DNA of 60,680 nt, filler included, from Barthelona sp. PAP020 (taxonomy: Eukaryota), in the NCBI GenBank assembly GCA_040182905.1. It is 8 parts of 8 records of this genome, joined end to end, with 100 filler letters (N's around TTAATTAATTAA, not from the genome) between each part and the next. Parts side by side here need not be neighbours in the genome. Positions count along the whole stretch, not along the records: positions 30,584 to 38,046 come from JARQWU010000492.1; positions 38,147 to 45,606 come from JARQWU010000493.1; 6 more parts are not named here. One strand, given 5' to 3'. This document shows, piece by piece, positions 30,584 to 41,219 of the stretch (the stretch's first letter is position 1; the number at the start of each line of letters is the position of its first letter). The translations under genes were made by a program, and so were the position numbers. The notes beneath the pieces are model-generated. The model saw only the letters and a list, made by a program, of their open reading frames with translations, searched no databases and was not told the origin of the DNA.

Positions 30584-33500
30584 CAGGTGGTTGGGGCTCA
30601 TAATGGTCCTTTTCTTGTGTCAAATCCATATAAGCCAAAATTCTTTCAACAGCATTCATGGCCGTTTCTGCTTCAACATAAAACATAATAACTATGGTAA
30701 TAAGCATCACAAGAGACAATGAGGAACTAATAGCCATAGCAGAATACTCAATGGGAGCGTCAACAACGGTTGTAAGATAAACAGTACCGGTAATTAATAA
30801 TGAGGAAATGATATTGGAACGAATATCAACCCAACCACGCACAGCAGCATAATGGAACAATGTGCTACTATAAAAGTTGATGATCCGGTCTGCATGGATT
30901 AAGAAACGGTCTTCCATGTCAAACGACTTGATAGAAGACAAAGAACCTAAAGTATCCTTAAAGTGTTCAATGATTGGGGTACGACTGACATTCATCAATC
31001 TACGAATATCACGAGCGGAGGGTCTAAATTTCATGATGACATAAACCAAAATAAGGAAGGATGGAATTAAGAAAGGAATGAAAACGGGGAAAATTACACC
31101 AAGAACAATAAAAGTGATGATGAAGGTTGCAAACATTTGGAACACAAAACCTATGGCCATTGACAAATGGGTATCAACACCAAAGAAATCAGCTGAAAAT
31201 CTATTCAAAACTCTACCAACAGGCGTTTGATCAAAGAATGACATAGGGGCATGTAAAACACGAGTAATCAATTCGTGATGTAAAGTTCTTGAACCATTAA
31301 CAGACAAATGTGCCAAAAATATCTTACCAACCCACATAGTAATCATTGTGATAATAGAAATAATCGAATACCAGATCAAATGAGAATACCTTCCACCAAT
31401 CAAGGTAATGAAATAGGGTGTCTTAAGAACAGTCCACCAAGCAAGTATAAATGAAGAAAGTTGTTGAGCGATAGGAGAAAGCAGCATAATGACGATGAAA
31501 AGGACCCAAGTTTTGAGACTTCCCAAAGCACCAAAATATCTGATCCAAATATTTCCTTTAACACCACCATGTAATAGTTCCTCATCTGTAGTCAATTGAC
31601 CAGCAGCTAAAGTTTGTTCATTATCTTCAGCATGAGTGATTTCAGCATTTGGATCGGATAACACTGAAAGAGCTCTTAAATCAACATTGTTGTAATTCAA
31701 TTCTGGTAATGTTTGTAACTCAGGTTCACTTGAATAATCATCAGTGGTAGTATTTGGCAAATCCAATTCATTTTCTTCAAGATCTCCATCACTATCGGCA
31801 ATTTCAAGATTCTCAGAGCTACTTTTGTCAATTCCTGCTAGAAGGGTTTGGAATTCATCACAACTATTTGATAACTCTTCAAAAGTACCACGATACTTTA
31901 TCTTTTGATCTCCAACTAGCAAAATCTCATCAGCAAAATCTAAATTGTGAATATGATGCGTGGCAAAGACTACTGCCTTGTTTTGGTCCTTGAAATGTTT
32001 CAAAACAAAATGAACAAGATGTTTTCCAACATGAGCATCAACAGCACTCAAAACATCATCTAAAACAATTAAATCACGATCAGAATACACTGCTCTTGCC
32101 AAGCACAAACGTTGTTTTTGACCACCTGATAAATTGATACCACGACCACCAATTTCAATCAAATCACCTGCAATATCACCAATGGAAAGTTGTTTAATAT
32201 CAGCAGGCATAGCACATCTTTGTAAAGTCTCTTCATAACGTTCAGGATCCAAATCGCTTCCAAAAAGAATGTTATCACGAAGGGTTGCATTGAATATTGT
32301 GGGTTCTTGAGGTACATAAGCAACTGAAGATGAAATACGACGGGAACCTGAATCCAAATGCATTGAACCGATGATACTCTCCAACAATGAACTTTTACCA
32401 CTTCCAACAGAACCACAAACACCAATAACTTGACCCGGTTTCACAGTTAAATTAATATCCTGCAATTTAAATGTTTCTTGCTGAGATAAAGTGAAAATTT
32501 TTCTAATTTCTTCAGGAAGCTTTTCAATTTGTTCAGGAGTTAGATCTATCTTATCTTTATTGAAACCAGGATCAACTTTTTCTGTGTTTACTTCTTTTTC
32601 TTCTAATTCAGGTAAATATTTGGAAAGTTTGGGAACAGGTGGAGCTTTCCATTCGAAGTTGGCGTTTTCAATTTGAACACAAAAGCCTTCATCTGGGGAA
32701 TCATGTGCTTCATCTGTTTCATCAGCATCAAGGAAGTCTTGAATACGTTTATTACCAACAGAAACATCAGCTAGTACTTGAATAATTCTAGATACCATGG
32801 AAAGTGGATTAACAAGAGTATTAAACCAAGAAAGCGCAGGAAAAACAACTTGTGGACCTAAGGGTTTTTCATTAAAAATGATGTAAAATACAAAAGTAAC
32901 AACTGGGAATAAAAATTGTTGAGATGAAATTAAGGCCATCATATGAGCGAAGATTTTTTGAATGCCACTGATATGCACTAATTCTTGTTCTCTAATTTCT
33001 TCAATCATTTCTTGAATGGGTTCTTCCCATGCCATTAACTTCACACCATGAATTTGATTCAAGAATTCAGTTGTTTTTTGAACACGCAAATCCGCCTTTT
33101 TGATCAAACCGGAAAAATGATGTTTCAAAGCCATTGCAATAAATCCATTTGCAGGCACAATAATAACAAGAATTATTAAGGAGGCAACTGGATACCATCC
33201 AATCTCTCTATACAAGAGAACAAAAACAACAATAATTACAATGGGTGAAGCATAAATGTCATGAAACATTTGAAAAAGACGGGTAAAACGTTCGACATCT
33301 GATGTTACTAAATTTGTAATTGTCCCACTGCTATATTGCATTCTAGCATTCGAAGATAATTTCATACTCTTACGATATAGAGTATCTGTCAAAGCGTTTC
33401 TAACCTTAGCAGACATGACCCATTGAGAAAAATTAAAAAATGTAAGGGCAAATGATCTAATCAAGGACGTAACTAAAAATAAACCAACAAATTGAAGAGT

Positions 33501-33875
33501 TTCATCTGTAGTACTGAAAGGATTCATTAAAGTTATCAACAAATTACTTTGGACACTTGGTAGATACAAAGTAATGGCATATGAAACAAATCTTAAAACA
33601 AAAGTAAAAAAGAGTAGTCCAGTGTTAAATTTAAACAAAGGTGTCCATTTTGGATATGGTTTTCCCGTTCCTTCAACACTTTTTTTACCTTCTTCCCTGT
33701 AATGACGATATTGTTCACCTAAAGTGACAGCATCGTATACTTTTGGGATTGGTGGTAAAGTGTTTTGGTTAATATTATTGTCTGTACCATCTTTAATCGT
33801 AGTTGATGCATAATTGAAAAACAATTTTGAAAAGAAACCACTTTCATCATATGGTGCTTCTTTATATTTTGCCAT
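30584..33875 (-). CDS. ABCC/MRP-family ABC transporter, 3'-truncated before NBD2
   Basis: TMD1, NBD1 (GSVGSGKS, NLSGGQKQR, LDDVLSAVDAHV), TMD2 (FFDQTPVGRVLNRFS). ATG at 33875. Confidence 0.95.
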
Positions 33876-34262
33876 TTGATTATTTTCAAAAGATAAATAT
33901 ATAAAAAAAGCAATATAATTGAAAACACCCAAGAGGAAGCAAGAGTTTTTTTTTTTCCCTTTTTCCCCTTTTTTTTGGGAAAAGTGGGACTTTCAAAATC
34001 AACAAAATTCATTGTTTTGACAGGAATATGAGTTTATAATGAGGAAGGATTCATGAATTAAAAATTGAAAGAATTGACAAAAACTTAAAATGAGTTTAAA
34101 AAAATCCCATTTTTGTCCCTTTTGTAAAGTTCTATATGTATCTAAAAATTTCCTGGTACAAATTGTTAATTTTAAAATTATTTAAATATAAATTGAATTT
34201 GATAAAAGTGATTCATCATACAAAAAGAAAATTCTTTTCATAAATTTAAAAGACTTTTATTT

Positions 34263-37200
34263 TTATGTTAACCCATCACGTTGGGGTTTGGTATAGTTAG
34301 AAGTTTTCGATGACGAAGATTTTGGGATGTTCGACGCCAAAATTCTCCCAGAATCTTCGATGATTGTGCATTGAACATATTGTTGTGCACTCTGCTGGGA
34401 CTTCCATGCTCCTGCTTTTCTAACTACCTCTATGTCGTTCGTTTCTTGGTATAAATCTCTCGCTCTACCTCTTCGTAGCGCGTGAGGCGAAATATGGCTT
34501 GAGAGTGCTGCTTTCTTTGTCCATGACGACATAGTCGTTGCCAACGCCTGGGTTAATGTTTTCCTCTTCTCTGTATCACTGTTCAGTATCATAACTTTGT
34601 TTTCTTTGAGTCTGTTGTAGAAGTCTCTTGTGATTTCATGTTTCTCTAGTTCACTTTTGCTTATTGGGATGACTTTTGAGTTTTCATTCTTTCCTGCATG
34701 TACTGCTACCTTAATGATCTCATCTTCTTCCTCGAACACCTTTGTGATTCCCTGATGAATATCATTCTTTCGTGAACAAGTGTAGTACAGAACCATTGCA
34801 GTGTCTTGTATTTCGACTGCAGTCCCTTCCTGATCCATGTATTCTAGGAATGCAAATAGTTGTTCTTTAGTTATTCCTACATTATCCTTTATATGGGGGT
34901 TTTTTGCTTTTCTCAGTCTCTCATGGTATCTGCAAGTTGCTTTCATTAACGTGTTGAAATTCTGACTTGCCTTCCATCCCATACCTTTCCAAAAGAAAAG
35001 GACTGCGGCATATTGTTGTCGAAGTCTGTCCATTCCTCTTTTGTATCCTCCATTTGCCCGCACTTCTTCTCCTTCTCTGTTTATGAACTTGTGAAGGACC
35101 TTTTCGCTCTCCAGATTTGGTTTTTCTGGTATCTCTCCCACTGTCTTGTCATAGTAGTTCAAATACTTTTCATAAGTGGCTGAGTATTGCTTTAGGCTCT
35201 CAGGTGACACACTACCTTTAATCATTTTCCATTCAAAGGCTCCTGTCAGTTCCTCTATTCCTTCAACATCCAGTTGGCCCTGTTCTTCTTGTTTTTCCGA
35301 AAGTAAGTGCACCATATCTGGTCCTGGAATGTAGAAATGTTGTGGTTCCTTCCCCTCAACCGCTACATAATATCTCCAAGGTAGCCAAGTCTCAACTGGT
35401 GCGCCTGTTACAAAGACTTCTGTGTTGAAACGCATAGCCCTCAGTGTTAGATCTAGTATTATGTTTTCTGCAGACTGTTTGTATGCTATTCCCTTCCCGA
35501 TTCTTTCTACTTCCGCGAAGTATAATACGCTATCATATCCTATTGCTCCCCTGGCGTGTTCTGGTTCTTCTAGCAGTCTCTCTGATGGTGTGTGTTCCAA
35601 GTCATCCGTTAACATCTCTTCTGTTATGATTCTAGGAAATTCTCCCGAAGCACTTGCCGTTTTGTATCTTCTTGCTACCCGTCTTAGACTCCTACTCTTT
35701 CCTTGGAGTGATCTATTCGTCCTATTAAGCATGCGAGGGCATTTCCTTACGATTGAGAAAGTTTCATGCACGTAATCAGGGATTTTGAACACTTCTGGGC
35801 ATAGATTTATACTTGCGAAAATTCCTCCATTTTCCATGTTCACAATGTTTTCCCTGCTTAACATATCCGCAATTGTGTTCCAATTCGTTGGAATATATAG
35901 TGGAATTATTTTGCAATTCAGGAGTTCTGCTTTTGCCCAGATCAGATCCGATAATCTTGACATCTTTTTGTTCGTCGATTTTTGTCTACGAAATGCACTT
36001 AACGCGGTCTGATTGTCAATCAACCATACCCAACATCCGTTTAGTGCATCATCTGGGAATTCTTGCAGTGCTTTGTAGAGAGCTTCCAGTTCTAAGAAGG
36101 CAATGTTTTGTTTTGTATTAACCTTGAATGTTCTTGTTTTTTGGTTAACCCCATTATCCAGAACAATTCCTTCCGCTCTTAGAGAGGCGTCTGTTGCTAC
36201 TGCCGCTGTTACTACCCTGGGAGAGAGATCTCCTTCTACCTGTTGTTCTAGGAAGGAGATTGCCTGATTCATCCATGTTTCATCAATATGCAGGATTGTA
36301 TTCCTGTGCTTTTGGACGAATTGTTCAAGTGAATCGAAATTCTTGAGATGCATTTCTCTGGCAATCCTATTTCCTAACTCCAGGCTGAGTTTTCTGTATG
36401 TTTGACTGATTAATGAGGCTGATTGCAGTTTTCCTTGTAAGCTTAGCAATGAGCCTAATGAAAAATCTTTTGTTTTTAATTTCTTTAGCATGTTTTCACG
36501 TTTGTCTTCCGGCAGCCGTATCTTTCTCTTCTGCAGGTCAAGTGTGAAACCAAGGTATTCAATGGTATTTGAAGGTTCTTGGATTTTCTCCTTCTTTACC
36601 TTAAAACCAACGAATGATAACAGTTCCAGGGTTCTTTTTAGTGAGGTTTTCGTTTCCTCCATAGTTTCTCCCCCGATTAGGAGGTCATCCACGTATTGAA
36701 GCACAAATATTCCTTCTGATCTTAGTTTTTCAACTATCACTTGAAGTACCATTGTAAACATCTGTGCTGCTACGCTTGAACCAAATGGAAGCCTTTTTGC
36801 TCCGTATCTTTTGTTGTTTACCTCTACCACTGTTACTTCTAACCAGTCTTCGTGCAGCGGAATATGAGTATATCCGCTAGTAATGTCTATTACTGCAGCA
36901 AAATGTGGAATTAGAGGAAAATACCTGGGTGTGTTGAGTTCAGTTGGCCATAATTCAGTTTGAGCGTTTATTGGTCGACAATCTAAGATGGGTCTAATGG
37001 TTCCATCTTTCTTTGGTACTGCCCCTAAAGCAGCTGGAACTTCTCCTTTTTTTGTTATCTCTACTAAAACGCCTTCTTCTAGCCATTGGTTCAATACCTT
37101 CTCGGTATTATCTCCTGACCAATTCTCAACAGCGACCTTTAAGTTAGTTCCTTTGTCCCTAAGAGTTGGTGCTCCTTCGACCAGTTCTTTGAGGAAAGAA

Positions 37201-37892
37201 AGTGTTGTGTCATCGTAATTTAGCTGTTGTGCCAAAGTTTTAAAATTTTCCCAACACCAACCTTTCTTTGTTTTTTGTTTTCTTTTTTCTTTTGGTTTTG
37301 ACATTTGAGTCTTCATCGGTTTCACCACGTACTTCATTTGTTCTGCCTGTTTTGCCCTTTGTGCTTCTGATAACGTCCTGCTTTCTCTTCGAGTTTTTCT
37401 CTTTTCTGGATTAACTCTCCTAATTCGAGGTTTTTCTTCTTTTTTTGACCTTGAAAAATAAATATCTGTAGTATTTATCGTTTTTTGTTCTTTTGATTTC
37501 TTGGTCACTTTTATTTCTGGGGCAATAATTCTCTGCATCGACAGGCGATCTCGTATTTTTTGCATTGATTCGTTGTGTACCCCCAAGCTAAGTGATTCTT
37601 GGAAGGCAAACATGATGTCTCTAATTTGCTGGTCCGTAGCGTCTCCTTTTTCTAAAAGTAATGTAAAAACATAAATTAAGTGCAGTATCGACCGACCACC
37701 GCTGTAGTCAGTTTCAGAATCGAAAGCTCCTCTTCTTTTGAGTATTTCTATCATTCGATTCATTATTTCGTGTGGTACTCGTTGGGATGCTCGTGGTCTT
37801 TCCATGAAGGCTAAAGCATCCTCAATTTCTTCAAGACTTTGTTCTGATCTTGTTTTCTGAATTTCTTTGATATCCTTTTCTGTATTGTCCAT
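34263..37892 (-). CDS. Retroelement polyprotein: gag-like N-terminus, RT, RNase H, degenerate MT-like region and tyrosine recombinase
   Basis: RT: VPKKDG, RPILDCR, IDITSGY, LPFG, YVDD (36684-36695), YLG. RNase H: ATDAS, IAFLELEA, IDNQTA, NTIADMLSR. YR: YTCSR, HALRRG (HALR at 34473-34484), GAWKS, QQY. Confidence 0.92.
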   Translation of the reverse strand: MDNTEKDIKEIQKTRSEQSLEEIEDALAFMERPRASQRVPHEIMNRMIEILKRRGAFDSETDYSGGRSILHLIYVFTLLLEKGDATDQQIRDIMFAFQESLSLGVHNESMQKIRDRLSMQRIIAPEIKVTKKSKEQKTINTTDIYFSRSKKEEKPRIRRVNPEKRKTRRESRTLSEAQRAKQAEQMKYVVKPMKTQMSKPKEKRKQKTKKGWCWENFKTLAQQLNYDDTTLSFLKELVEGAPTLRDKGTNLKVAVENWSGDNTEKVLNQWLEEGVLVEITKKGEVPAALGAVPKKDGTIRPILDCRPINAQTELWPTELNTPRYFPLIPHFAAVIDITSGYTHIPLHEDWLEVTVVEVNNKRYGAKRLPFGSSVAAQMFTMVLQVIVEKLRSEGIFVLQYVDDLLIGGETMEETKTSLKRTLELLSFVGFKVKKEKIQEPSNTIEYLGFTLDLQKRKIRLPEDKRENMLKKLKTKDFSLGSLLSLQGKLQSASLISQTYRKLSLELGNRIAREMHLKNFDSLEQFVQKHRNTILHIDETWMNQAISFLEQQVEGDLSPRVVTAAVATDASLRAEGIVLDNGVNQKTRTFKVNTKQNIAFLELEALYKALQEFPDDALNGCWVWLIDNQTALSAFRRQKSTNKKMSRLSDLIWAKAELLNCKIIPLYIPTNWNTIADMLSRENIVNMENGGIFASINLCPEVFKIPDYVHETFSIVRKCPRMLNRTNRSLQGKSRSLRRVARRYKTASASGEFPRIITEEMLTDDLEHTPSERLLEEPEHARGAIGYDSVLYFAEVERIGKGIAYKQSAENIILDLTLRAMRFNTEVFVTGAPVETWLPWRYYVAVEGKEPQHFYIPGPDMVHLLSEKQEEQGQLDVEGIEELTGAFEWKMIKGSVSPESLKQYSATYEKYLNYYDKTVGEIPEKPNLESEKVLHKFINREGEEVRANGGYKRGMDRLRQQYAAVLFFWKGMGWKASQNFNTLMKATCRYHERLRKAKNPHIKDNVGITKEQLFAFLEYMDQEGTAVEIQDTAMVLYYTCSRKNDIHQGITKVFEEEDEIIKVAVHAGKNENSKVIPISKSELEKHEITRDFYNRLKENKVMILNSDTEKRKTLTQALATTMSSWTKKAALSSHISPHALRRGRARDLYQETNDIEVVRKAGAWKSQQSAQQYVQCTIIEDSGRILASNIPKSSSSKTSNYTKPQRDGLT

Positions 37893-38046
37893 AGATGTAT
37901 TATCGAATGCGACCTAAAGGATTAAATTCAGTATTCTTGAAGTAAAGATGTTCTTGTTGACTTTATCTCCATGTTTGAGGTCTTATCCGGAATTTCTTTG
38001 ACCTTTGTTGAACTCTCCGAGTAATGCTTGTATCTTGACTACTGTC
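34263..38046 (-). mobile_element. DIRS-like tyrosine-recombinase retrotransposon, 5' part cut by the contig end
   Basis: Block visibly less AT-rich than its flanks, carrying an ORF with RT, RNase H and tyrosine recombinase. Confidence 0.88.
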
Positions 38047-38146
38047 NNNNNNNNNNNNNNNNNNNNNNNNNNNNNNNNNNNNNNNNNNNNTTAATTAATT
38101 AANNNNNNNNNNNNNNNNNNNNNNNNNNNNNNNNNNNNNNNNNNNN
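38047..38146. other. Artificial contig linker
   Basis: N-run with central TTAATTAATTAA. Confidence 0.97.
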
Positions 38147-38242
38147 GTCACAACCCAAACATTTTTGGATTTCATTTTTCAATTGACCATCAGTCAAAAT
38201 TTTGTAAGGTTCTGGTGTGTATAATTCTTCAATATCAAGCAT
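38147..38242 (-). CDS. Possible 5' gene fragment
   Basis: ATG at 38242, open to the contig edge (MLDIEELYTPEPYKILTDGQLKNEIQKCLGCD). Confidence 0.35.
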
Positions 38243-38389
38243 TGTAAAATTCAAAATGAATTAAAAATAAATAATGTTTTTCTTTTCGTTTCCTGCTTCA
38301 AATAGTTGTTTCCAATTTGTTCTTTATTCTCAAAAAATAATTTCTTTTGATTTGTTGTCAACGTTTGAAGAAAAAAAAAACACAAAATT

Positions 38390-39463
38390 TTATTGTCTTT
38401 CAAAAATTTGACAACCTGAAATCCCAGAACTTTCTATCGTATCATTATCACTAAGTAATACATGATCAATTGTCACCAAATCAAAGGATCCAATGTCGAT
38501 GTTCTTTCTGATGGTTTTTTTCAAATTACGAATGGTGCAATACTTTGATCCAACATATGTAAAACTTTGGCCATTTGCTAATTTTACTTTAACTCTCGCC
38601 TTAATTGCTTTGTCAACATCTTCAACAACTTTAATATTGTTTTGTGCTTGAGATGAGGGCATTTGAGTTTTTTTCTCAATAGGTTCAGAAACAGGCTGAG
38701 ATATATGCTTAGATACAGGTTGAGATACAGATTTATTTTCAGTAACACTATTCTTATTACTGTTAGCAAAAGGAGACATTTTCTCTGAAACAGATTTCTT
38801 ACCCTTTGACACTAAAAAACTTTTAGGTGGTTCATATTGTTGTGAAGACAAATCCCTCACTGAAACGTCCCCTTGCAACCAAGACAAAGAAGGTGGAACA
38901 CTTTTTGTTTGAATAGCTTCACGAAGGGCTTCAGCTTGCTCATTTGGAATAAAACCATCGTATTTCTCACCTGCACCTTTAACTTCAATTCCATTTTCGT
39001 AAACAACCAATAATATTTTTGGTTTTTCAGGTTCTGGCTCTCTAATTGAACTCTTTGGTTTTATTCTGGTATTCCAATCATCATGTGGTTGTTGTTTGGG
39101 TTTATTTACTTTTTCAATTGGTCGTCTTTGATTACCAAAACTCATATTGGAATCGTTACGGCCAATCAATAATTCACCCGCTGAAGAAGTTCCGTGTCCA
39201 ACATAAGAAGTTGTTGGATGCTTCCGATTCTTTTCAATATGTTGCACAGGTTTGGAAGGTTCTTGGGATGGTATTGGTTCAACTTCAGTATTATCAAATC
39301 CTGAACCAGATCCTGAAGTGACACCATATTGAAAATACAATGAAATAGCAGTTTCCAAATTGTAATTTGCCATTTCAAGATAATTAATTACAATACTATC
39401 GCTTTCGCATTGAGTAATTTCTTTAAACTGTTGAATTTCAGCAGCTGTCGGTCTTTTAGGCAT
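38390..39463 (-). CDS. p47/Shp1-like UBX-family p97 adaptor (UBA-like, SEP-like and UBX/ubiquitin-like domains)
   Basis: IQQFKEITQC...YLEMANYNLETAISLYF (UBA-like), LVVYENG (SEP-like), VKVKLANG...TIRNL (UBX-like). Confidence 0.75.
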   Translation of the reverse strand: MPKRPTAAEIQQFKEITQCESDSIVINYLEMANYNLETAISLYFQYGVTSGSGSGFDNTEVEPIPSQEPSKPVQHIEKNRKHPTTSYVGHGTSSAGELLIGRNDSNMSFGNQRRPIEKVNKPKQQPHDDWNTRIKPKSSIREPEPEKPKILLVVYENGIEVKGAGEKYDGFIPNEQAEALREAIQTKSVPPSLSWLQGDVSVRDLSSQQYEPPKSFLVSKGKKSVSEKMSPFANSNKNSVTENKSVSQPVSKHISQPVSEPIEKKTQMPSSQAQNNIKVVEDVDKAIKARVKVKLANGQSFTYVGSKYCTIRNLKKTIRKNIDIGSFDLVTIDHVLLSDNDTIESSGISGCQIFERQ

Positions 39464-39491
39464 GAACTAAGAAAAAAAAAATAAAGGAAAA

Positions 39492-40781
39492 ATGTACAAT
39501 AATTTTTTACAAATGTCCACCGAAACCATAATTAAATGGCCAGGATATTATCGAAAGATTAATTTTGAAGAATATTATCGTAATGTAATTTCAGATCACA
39601 ATTCTCCAGCACTTAGATATCAAATTCACAATGTTGACCACAAATCAAGATGTTCCACATTGTCTTTACCTCACTATGAACATTGTAAAACACCAATGTT
39701 TATGCCTGTTGGAACACAAGGTGTCTTTAAAGGATTAACTGTTGAAGAATTACTGGATTTGGATGTTCATTTGATGCTTTCTAACACATATCATTTATCT
39801 TTAAGACCTGGATCTGATGTTGTTGATAAATTAGGAGGGTTGCATGAGTTTTCTCAATGGCCTCGAGCCATGTTGACTGATTCTGGTGGGTTCCAGATGG
39901 TTTCTTTATTAGATCTTGCTGAATTTACAGAAGAAGGCGTTAAATTTGCATCTCCACATGATGATCAAACAATGATGTTGTCGCCTGAATATTGTGTTAA
40001 ATTACAAAACGATTTGCACGCAGATATTGCAATGCAACTTGACGATGTTGTTTCTGCCGTGTGCCCAGATAAAAAAAGAGTTGAATTGGCAATGCATCGT
40101 TCCATTCGTTGGTTGGACAGATGTTTGAAAGCTCATGCCAAGCCTGAAACTCAAAATATTTTTGGAATCGTTCATGGTGGTTTACATGCTGATTTAAGGG
40201 AACAATCTGCTAAAATGGTTGGTGAAAGAAATTGTCCTGGCTTTGCTATTGGTGGTTTGTCTGGTGGTGAGGCTAAAGAACAGTTTTGGAAAAGTGTTTC
40301 TGTTTCTTGTGATCATTTAAGCCCTGAAAGGCCTAGATATTGTATGGGTGTTGGATATGCTGAAGACCTGGTTGTTTGTGTGGCATTGGGAGTCGATATG
40401 TTTGATTGTGTTTATCCTGCAAGAACTGCTCGATTTGGAACTGCATTAATTCCTAAAGGAACTTTACAACTAAAAAATTGCCAAAATATGGCTGAACCTA
40501 TTGATGAAGAGTGTGATTGTTACACTTGCAAACATTATTCTAGGGCTGCTCTTTATTCAATTTTACAATCAAAAGATAATGCGACAATTGCACATTTGTT
40601 GACAATTCATAACATTGCATACCAAATGCGTTTAATGCGAGCAATGAGATGTTCAATAATGTTGAATGAATTCGATATATTCTGTCAACAATTTTTTATA
40701 CATAGATATCCCAATTTTGATTATCCAGAATGGGTTGTTGAAGCTTTAAAACATGCAAATATTGACCTTTTGTTTGAATAA
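39492..40781 (+). CDS. QTRT1: Queuine tRNA-ribosyltransferase, catalytic subunit
   Basis: TPMFMPVGT, NTYHL, LTDSGGFQMVSL, AIGGLSGGE, DMFDCVYP, zinc site CDCYTC...HN. Alternative ATG at 39513. Confidence 0.96.
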   Translation: MYNNFLQMSTETIIKWPGYYRKINFEEYYRNVISDHNSPALRYQIHNVDHKSRCSTLSLPHYEHCKTPMFMPVGTQGVFKGLTVEELLDLDVHLMLSNTYHLSLRPGSDVVDKLGGLHEFSQWPRAMLTDSGGFQMVSLLDLAEFTEEGVKFASPHDDQTMMLSPEYCVKLQNDLHADIAMQLDDVVSAVCPDKKRVELAMHRSIRWLDRCLKAHAKPETQNIFGIVHGGLHADLREQSAKMVGERNCPGFAIGGLSGGEAKEQFWKSVSVSCDHLSPERPRYCMGVGYAEDLVVCVALGVDMFDCVYPARTARFGTALIPKGTLQLKNCQNMAEPIDEECDCYTCKHYSRAALYSILQSKDNATIAHLLTIHNIAYQMRLMRAMRCSIMLNEFDIFCQQFFIHRYPNFDYPEWVVEALKHANIDLLFE

Positions 40782-40840
40782 ATTAAATTACTTTGCTTTT
40801 TATTTTATTTTTCTTTTCAACAAATGATATTTTGAATAGT

Positions 40841-41164
40841 ATGGATTATTCACCTTATCATACACCAAATACAAATCTTTATAGAGATCTTGAAAACCCC
40901 ACAAACCAATTTCCAACATTAAAATTTTCTAAATCACAAAACCAAAATCAAAATGAAATTGAATCGTCCATTAACGAAAGAATTTATACTATTTTGCAAA
41001 AAAGTGAGAATGTTTTAGAAAGTGTCAAACAAGAAAAACCCTTTCATCCTGAAACATCTGTTAAAATTACCACTAAAATCATTGAATGGACTTTAAAAAG
41101 TTTTGAATGGATAAATCAGATAAAAATTCAAAAAGCAGCTAAAAAATATTTACAAAAAAAATGA
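40841..41164 (+). CDS. Hypothetical protein (~107 aa)
   Basis: ATG at 40841 and an open frame filling the intergenic gap; no motif recognised. Confidence 0.5.
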   Translation: MDYSPYHTPNTNLYRDLENPTNQFPTLKFSKSQNQNQNEIESSINERIYTILQKSENVLESVKQEKPFHPETSVKITTKIIEWTLKSFEWINQIKIQKAAKKYLQKK

Positions 41165-41219
41165 ATTGTTTCATTTATTTGAAATCAAGGGGTCTACACA
41201 AAAACAAAGGATATTATTC

